This document shows, in pieces, positions 58,521-64,000 of a stretch of DNA of 64,000 nucleotides (its first letter is position 1; every line of letters begins with the position of its first letter). Source of the stretch: Bdellovibrio sp. (lineage in GTDB: Bacteria > Bdellovibrionota > Bdellovibrionia > Bdellovibrionales > Bdellovibrionaceae); contig JAKFBS010000002.1 in the NCBI GenBank assembly GCA_036677065.1, positions 448,001 to 512,000 on the forward strand, given 5' to 3'. Made by a program: the position numbers and the translations under genes. The notes beneath the pieces are model-generated. The model saw only the letters and a list, made by a program, of their open reading frames with translations. It had not been told where the DNA came from and searched no databases.

Positions 58521-59552
58521 ATGAACAACCGCATGCGACTTAAGACTTTCAGCTTGATGATCTTAGTGCTTACACAACTAGCAACTGCAACGGCGTTTGG
58601 CGAAGTGTTTCGCTGGCCAAAATTATGCGCGAACCAAACAGTGAGTGTCGAAAATAAATCGAACAAAGAACAAACTGTGTGGTTACAGGAGTGGGAAAAA
58701 TACATCGTTGATGAAGCAGATCACCTGATCCCAGCAAAAGGAAAAATTTATTTACAACTTTCACATGACCCGTCAACTTCAACTCAAGATTATTCTTTAT
58801 TAGCCTTAGACAGCCCAAAAGATTTAATCATCGAAACAAACTGCAACTTACGCGATATCGCATTGGGTGATTCCTTAGAAGGTGGCGTCGTTTATTATAA
58901 AATAAATCCGCAGGCTACGAATGAAGTTCAGCTTAAAAATTTATTTCCGGGTCGTAATACTTTTTACATTGAAGATTTAAGTTTTACAAAAAAATCAGCT
59001 CCGCTTGAAATTGATGTTGAAGGCCGTGAACTTTTTAAATTCACTTTAAAACCAGAACCCACTTCAATGTGGGTAAAAATCACAGCGCGTGAGCGTTTTC
59101 GCTCGAGTGTAAATACTTCTTCAACAGTTTTAAAACCTGCCTATGTCGAAGCACAACGTTCGGTAGCCTCTATTGATGAGAAATATTTTTTAATGGGTTC
59201 TAGTGATAATACCGGCGATCAATTCGTGGTAAAAATCAAAGATCCTGCGATGGTGCAAAAAGCGCGCGATCAAATCACGAATCCTAAATTACAAAAAATA
59301 GTTTTTGCGAAAATCATTTTAGGCCATCAAGGCTATAATCGTAACATGATTAAAAAAGAAAAAAGCTTTTGGTCATGGTCTGTGACTGAAGTCACAAATA
59401 TTTCTGATATCGGGAGCACTGCATGTAACGGTTTTCCGCAAATGTTAGAAGACCAAGCCGAACCTTGGGTTCGTGGTTTAGGCAAAATTTGTTTTTGGTC
59501 TTACCGAATCAAAAAAGAACTGACTTACGACGAAGTCACAAATCCTAAATAG
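58521..59552 (+). CDS. Secreted protein with BP74-like C-terminal domain
   Basis: Signal peptide; FVVKIKDP..AR, GYN..WSW, CNG.P, C.W pattern. Confidence 0.65.
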   Translation: MNNRMRLKTFSLMILVLTQLATATAFGEVFRWPKLCANQTVSVENKSNKEQTVWLQEWEKYIVDEADHLIPAKGKIYLQLSHDPSTSTQDYSLLALDSPKDLIIETNCNLRDIALGDSLEGGVVYYKINPQATNEVQLKNLFPGRNTFYIEDLSFTKKSAPLEIDVEGRELFKFTLKPEPTSMWVKITARERFRSSVNTSSTVLKPAYVEAQRSVASIDEKYFLMGSSDNTGDQFVVKIKDPAMVQKARDQITNPKLQKIVFAKIILGHQGYNRNMIKKEKSFWSWSVTEVTNISDIGSTACNGFPQMLEDQAEPWVRGLGKICFWSYRIKKELTYDEVTNPK

Positions 59553-60056
59553 TTATTCTATAGTAGTTGCAGCTGATTGACCACGCGTCTCTTCAACTTC
59601 TACGGTTAACTTAGCGATGCCGTATTTTTTAAATTCTATGAAAAATTCTTCAGCTAATACAGAAGACAATTGCTCAACACTCGTATTTGAAATATCTAAC
59701 CAAATTACTTCTTCTTTGGGTAATGAATAAAAACGATCGCGGAAAGTGACTTCATAGTTTTTACTATCAGCTGATAATGTTGATTTCACATCAGGATGAT
59801 TTTTAGGTAACAACACATGTTCGTCCCAAATATCTAATCTGGCTTTAATGAACTTTTTAAGAACATTGAAATCCACCATGTAGCCCATTTTGCCCTGCGC
59901 GTCTGCAGCATTACCCACATCAGGCGCTAGGATAGAAACCACCACTTGATAATTATGGCCATGAAGCATTTCTGCAGATTTCTGGTCAAAAATTAAAAAG
60001 TGCGCCGAAGAGAACTTAAAATTTTGCTTAGATAAGCGTAATGAAGTGGTTTTCAT
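59553..60056 (-). CDS. 6-pyruvoyl-tetrahydropterin synthase family protein, PTPS-III type (ExxHGH)
   Basis: FSSAHF, AEMLHGHNY, DF, NTSVE, EET. Confidence 0.85.
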   Translation of the reverse strand: MKTTSLRLSKQNFKFSSAHFLIFDQKSAEMLHGHNYQVVVSILAPDVGNAADAQGKMGYMVDFNVLKKFIKARLDIWDEHVLLPKNHPDVKSTLSADSKNYEVTFRDRFYSLPKEEVIWLDISNTSVEQLSSVLAEEFFIEFKKYGIAKLTVEVEETRGQSAATTIE

Positions 60057-60094
60057 GCTGACAGTATAATCTTTTTGAGGGTATATAACAACCC

Positions 60095-60463
60095 ATGAGT
60101 CAGATCTTTGAACTTAAGACCCACTACCAAATCGAATCAGCTAGGTTTTTACCCCACCTACCCGAAGGCCATCCGTGCAAACGAATGCATGGGCATAGCT
60201 TTAAAGTTATTCTGACTTTACGTGGGCCTTTGCAGCCTCACGTCGGCTGGGTGCAGGATTACCACGAAATTGATCACACCATGAAGCCGCTATTAGCAGC
60301 TATTGATCACCGTTTATTAAATGAAGTGACCGGATTAGAAAATCCAACCTCTGAGCTTTTAGCGAAATGGATATTCGATCACGCCGTCGTAAAATTACCA
60401 TTACTTAAGTCGGTGACCATAATGGAAACACCTACTACCGAGTGCACTTATCCCGTAATCTAG
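60095..60463 (+). CDS. queD: 6-carboxy-tetrahydropterin synthase (PTPS-I, CxxxHGH)
   Basis: CKRMHGHSF, DHRLLNE, NPTSE, ET. Confidence 0.85.
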   Translation: MSQIFELKTHYQIESARFLPHLPEGHPCKRMHGHSFKVILTLRGPLQPHVGWVQDYHEIDHTMKPLLAAIDHRLLNEVTGLENPTSELLAKWIFDHAVVKLPLLKSVTIMETPTTECTYPVI

Positions 60464-60467
60464 GAAT

Positions 60468-61025
60468 GTGACGCAAGTTAACTGCCGCCATTGCTATATT
60501 CCACTCATAAGATCAGGACAACAAATGGGTTGTCCGCAATGCCGTGCTTGTTTTATCCAGTTTTCATTCTTTCAAAAATATTTAGAACGCCGTAAATTTG
60601 AAATCTTCTGGCATGAAACTCAGAAACCAAAAAACTTAAGCCAGCACAACTGCCCCCAATGTAAATCACGCACGGGCTTATATATTCTAAATCATAAAAA
60701 TCAGATCGAGTATTGCACGCCTTGCCAACGTATCTGGATTGAAAAAAATATTCTCGAAGAATTAACTAAAGAAAAAAGCTATGCCGAATCGGATATCATT
60801 ATCACAGATCAGATCTTGGGATTAAATCCAAATTCTGATAGCCCCGGAATTATTTTTGCTTTGTTTGATCCACATACGGCGATGGGCCTACAAGCCGCCG
60901 AATACGCGACCAATAAAGTTACAAATCGCATCGTTGAAACTTCGCTATTCAAAAAATATCCGGTATTTACTTTTGCCTTAGTTGTGACAGTTGTTTGCGC
61001 GATGGCGTACTGTCACATTCATTAA
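60468..61025 (+). CDS. Double Zn-ribbon (zf-TFIIB-like) membrane-anchored protein
   Basis: Four CxxC pairs, C-terminal TM. Confidence 0.65.
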   Translation: MTQVNCRHCYIPLIRSGQQMGCPQCRACFIQFSFFQKYLERRKFEIFWHETQKPKNLSQHNCPQCKSRTGLYILNHKNQIEYCTPCQRIWIEKNILEELTKEKSYAESDIIITDQILGLNPNSDSPGIIFALFDPHTAMGLQAAEYATNKVTNRIVETSLFKKYPVFTFALVVTVVCAMAYCHIH

Positions 61026-61852
61026 TTTGCGAAATCTGAATTTACTTTAACAGCTTTATTATGAAATTGTTCAAGTTGTGAATCCTGTAAACCCAGTACA
61101 CCTTTTTGATAAAGCATAACTATAGTTGAACCCATTCTAAACATGCCAAGCTCGTCACCTTTTTGAACTTCTAGATTTTTATACTCTTTAATTAAAGGTT
61201 TAAAAACTTTGAACTGATTGCCACGAATTTCCGGATCAAAACTAAGAGCAATATCACCAACATTTGTTGCAGCCACAAACACCACGCCCACTAGGCCGCG
61301 GTCAGTTTTAATTTCTACATACACACGTTCGTTGATTGAAAATAGTTCGTGAATGTTTGAAGTAGACCAATTATTCACCGGCCATAAAGCACCTGGAATA
61401 TGAATCACGCGTTCAATCGTGCCATCCACCGGCGAATGCACACGGTGATAATCTGTCGGGCAAAGATAATAGGTTAAAAATTGGCCATCGCTATAGATAT
61501 CTAAAGCTTTATCAAAGCCTGCGAAATCTTTTACGTTATAAGTTTTGCCTTTAGCCTGAATCAATTTACCCTCAGCCATAAGGGCTGCCTGAGTAATCAC
61601 TGAGTCTGCGGGGTGCACAGCCCAAGTTCTACCCAATGGTCTGCGGCCTGATTTTAGTTTTCTGATAAAAAATTCACCCAAAGATGGGTACTGATCGACT
61701 GGTTTTTCAGCCTCTTCAAGGTTGATATGATAAGCTTTTGCAAAAATTCTAATGATCGGAGTCCAAATAAAGCGTGGAAACTGCAAATGAACCAATTTTC
61801 CTACAATATAGCTTAAATGATTTTTCGGTAAGAACTGTGTGATTGCTGCCAT
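61022..61852 (-). CDS. psd: Phosphatidylserine decarboxylase proenzyme
   Basis: FFIRKLK, QAKG, YLCPTDYHRVHSP, NER, FRMGST. Confidence 0.95.
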   Translation of the reverse strand: MAAITQFLPKNHLSYIVGKLVHLQFPRFIWTPIIRIFAKAYHINLEEAEKPVDQYPSLGEFFIRKLKSGRRPLGRTWAVHPADSVITQAALMAEGKLIQAKGKTYNVKDFAGFDKALDIYSDGQFLTYYLCPTDYHRVHSPVDGTIERVIHIPGALWPVNNWSTSNIHELFSINERVYVEIKTDRGLVGVVFVAATNVGDIALSFDPEIRGNQFKVFKPLIKEYKNLEVQKGDELGMFRMGSTIVMLYQKGVLGLQDSQLEQFHNKAVKVNSDFAN

Positions 61853-61880
61853 GGGCTGATTCTGCTATATTCGGCGTTCA

Positions 61881-63434
61881 ATGTCGAAGATTTTTAAAGA
61901 TATTAAACTCAAAATTGATGATGATTTAGAAGCACATCTAGAATGGCTCATGCCTAAGCATGGCGAATTTCGCATCTTGCGTAAATCTGTCGACGCGCGC
62001 CAAAAACACTCTCCCCACTTTGTTTACACCATTGAAGTTGCTGAAGAGGGCGAAACCCTATCTTTAGAAAAATTTGAATTAGAAAAAATCAATTCTGAAA
62101 AGAAATTCGACCGCCCTATCGTTGTCGGCACCGGCCCTGCTGGATTATTTGCAGCGATTCGTTTAGTTGAACGTGGAATTCCATGTTTATTATTTGAACG
62201 TGGTTCTGAGTCTGCTGAACGTATAAAAGGGATTAATAAATACTGGCGCTATGGCCAACTAGATCCAAAAAATAATGTTTGTTACGGCGAAGGTGGCGCA
62301 GGGTTATATTCTGACGGAAAACTAATTACGCGCATTAAGTCTCCGCATATTCCTTATGTATTAAATCGCCTGGTGCAATTTGGTGCGCCGGCTGAAATTC
62401 AGTGGTTATCAAATCCGCATGTAGGTTCTGATAAAATTCGCCGCGTGATTCCTAAAGTTCGCGATTTTTTACGTGCGAATGGCTGCGAAATTCATTTCGA
62501 TTCTAAAGTTGAAAAACTTATTTACGGCGAAAAATCAATTCAAGGTGTTGTCATTGATGATGGTTCAGGAAAATTAACTGAATACAAATCTGACAATATT
62601 ATTTTAGCTACCGGCCATTCGGCAGAAGATATGCTGAATCACTTATTAGAATCAGGTGTGCATATCGAAGGTAAATCTTTTGCGATGGGTTTACGTATTG
62701 AACATCCGCAAAAATTAATTAATGAAATTCAATTTCGCCAGTTTTCAGAACATCCAAAATTAGGTTCTGCGAATTATAAACTAGTTCATCACGATGATAA
62801 AACCGGAATTGGTGTTTATAGTTTTTGTATGTGCCCGGGTGGCTACGTTTTATCAAGCGGCACTGAAAAAGACGGCGTAGTGTGTAATGGCATGAGTAAT
62901 TTTAATCGCAACTCTGAATTTGCTAATGCGGCGATTGTGGTCAGCATTCAGCATGAAAAATTATTTGGTGATGATTTACTGGGCGGCATGAAAATGCGTC
63001 GCCAATTAGAAACCCAAGCTTTTCAAGCGATTCAAGATAAAAAAGGCACTAAAGAATTACCCGCGCAAAATTTAGTTTCGTTTTTAAATAGATCAAATAA
63101 AAATGAATTACGAAAAACATCTTCACCTTCTGGAATTTTACCGATTCGTTTAGATGAACTACTTCCAAAATTTATGTATCAAAAAATTGCTGAAGGTTTA
63201 AATAACTTTAATAGCAATATGCGTGGGTTTATCTCTGAGCATTCACAGCTTTACGGGGTTGAATCACGCACGTCGTGCCCGCTTCGCGTAACACGTGATG
63301 ATGAATCATTAGAAAGCCTTTCGCACAAAGGTTTATACCCTTGTGGTGAAGGCGCTGGTTATGCTGGCGGAATCACTTCAGCAGCAGTCGATGGTATTCG
63401 CTGCGCTGATAAAATCTTTGAAAAATTAAAATAA
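61881..63434 (+). CDS. NAD(P)/FAD-dependent oxidoreductase (uncharacterised family)
   Basis: GTGPAG, GEGGAGLYSDGKL, FCMCPGG, GEGAGYAGGITSAAVDG. Confidence 0.9.
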   Translation: MSKIFKDIKLKIDDDLEAHLEWLMPKHGEFRILRKSVDARQKHSPHFVYTIEVAEEGETLSLEKFELEKINSEKKFDRPIVVGTGPAGLFAAIRLVERGIPCLLFERGSESAERIKGINKYWRYGQLDPKNNVCYGEGGAGLYSDGKLITRIKSPHIPYVLNRLVQFGAPAEIQWLSNPHVGSDKIRRVIPKVRDFLRANGCEIHFDSKVEKLIYGEKSIQGVVIDDGSGKLTEYKSDNIILATGHSAEDMLNHLLESGVHIEGKSFAMGLRIEHPQKLINEIQFRQFSEHPKLGSANYKLVHHDDKTGIGVYSFCMCPGGYVLSSGTEKDGVVCNGMSNFNRNSEFANAAIVVSIQHEKLFGDDLLGGMKMRRQLETQAFQAIQDKKGTKELPAQNLVSFLNRSNKNELRKTSSPSGILPIRLDELLPKFMYQKIAEGLNNFNSNMRGFISEHSQLYGVESRTSCPLRVTRDDESLESLSHKGLYPCGEGAGYAGGITSAAVDGIRCADKIFEKLK

Positions 63435-63477
63435 TTTTGGATCGCTTAGACGAAGCTAAGCTTCGATCACTGAAAAA

Positions 63478-63795
63478 TTACTGGTAACAAGACACATAAG
63501 CTTCAGCCTGCACAGTGCATGTGTTGTTTGCCGTTTCAGTTCTAACGCTCCATTTCGAACGCAAAAAATAACCTGATCTGCAGATACCATGAGCGTAGTT
63601 AGACGCGGCATGGATCGCAGCTTTTTCGCCCACTTGGGGATCTTCTGGCGTGCAGGCTGCCGAATCAAAAGCGCGATAAGTACTGCAACCATCTACGCAA
63701 CCATTATGCGGATTACACGAATCCACCGGGCATAATGCCGCTGAAAATGCCGAAACAGAAATTAATAACACTGACACAAATAAACTAAGTTTCAT
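63478..63795 (-). CDS. Small secreted Cys-rich protein
   Basis: Signal peptide, 8 Cys, AAGGAG RBS. Confidence 0.75.
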   Translation of the reverse strand: MKLSLFVSVLLISVSAFSAALCPVDSCNPHNGCVDGCSTYRAFDSAACTPEDPQVGEKAAIHAASNYAHGICRSGYFLRSKWSVRTETANNTCTVQAEAYVSCYQ

Positions 63796-63828
63796 AAGAC
63801 GCTCTCCTTGATGTAGTCACTAGAACGC

Positions 63829-63880
63829 AATTGACCCGATTTGTATAAAGCTATATACAAAAGGTCAATAATTGACCCGA
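63829..63880. promoter_or_regulatory. Putative operator (nested inverted and direct repeats)
   Basis: ATTGACC...TTGTATA-N6-TATACAA...GGTCAAT; AATTGACCCGA occurs twice. Confidence 0.6.
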
Positions 63881-63898
63881 AAAGTAGGAAATTAGGCT

Positions 63899-64000
63899 AT
63901 GGATTACGAATGTAAGAAAATTCAGAAAACATTAAAGACCATCATGAAGTCTAAAAAAGCCACTTACGAGAGCCTGGCTAAAGCGTTAAAAACTTCTCCG
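63899..64000 (+). CDS. HTH (XRE-like) regulator, N-terminal part; runs off window end
   Basis: Manual translation MDYECKKIQKTLKTIMKSKKATYESLAKALKTSP. Confidence 0.7.
   Translation, partial: MDYECKKIQKTLKTIMKSKKATYESLAKALKTSP

Overview
Chromosomal window of an AT-rich bacterium. Gene content and style (many small secreted Cys-rich hypotheticals, sigma54- and FliA-like promoters) suggest a Bdellovibrionota-type predator; this is inference. Housekeeping genes: prfC (partial), trhO, tRNA-fMet, metG, trpS, xdhABC plus guanine deaminase, feoAB, two PTPS/QueD paralogs and psd. No CRISPR array, transposase, integrase or phage structural genes were seen. Most interesting: (1) a divergent pair of secreted proteins (44.3-47.4 kb), each with its own sigma54-type promoter, one carrying FAM20C/four-jointed-like kinase motifs and the other possibly a pseudokinase; (2) a cassette of a LuxI/N-acyltransferase-like enzyme, a fatty-acid desaturase, a PAS-like protein and an XRE regulator (18.5-21.7 kb) that may be an undescribed signalling circuit; (3) an NfrB/WecB-type exopolysaccharide operon lacking the c-di-GMP-binding module but adding a deacetylase and a glycoside hydrolase (7.6-15.7 kb); (4) a tandem duplication of small Q/N/S-rich disordered-protein genes within a putative sigma54 regulon showing a recurrent TTGTA -12 variant. 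All family calls come from motif recognition by eye, not database searches.
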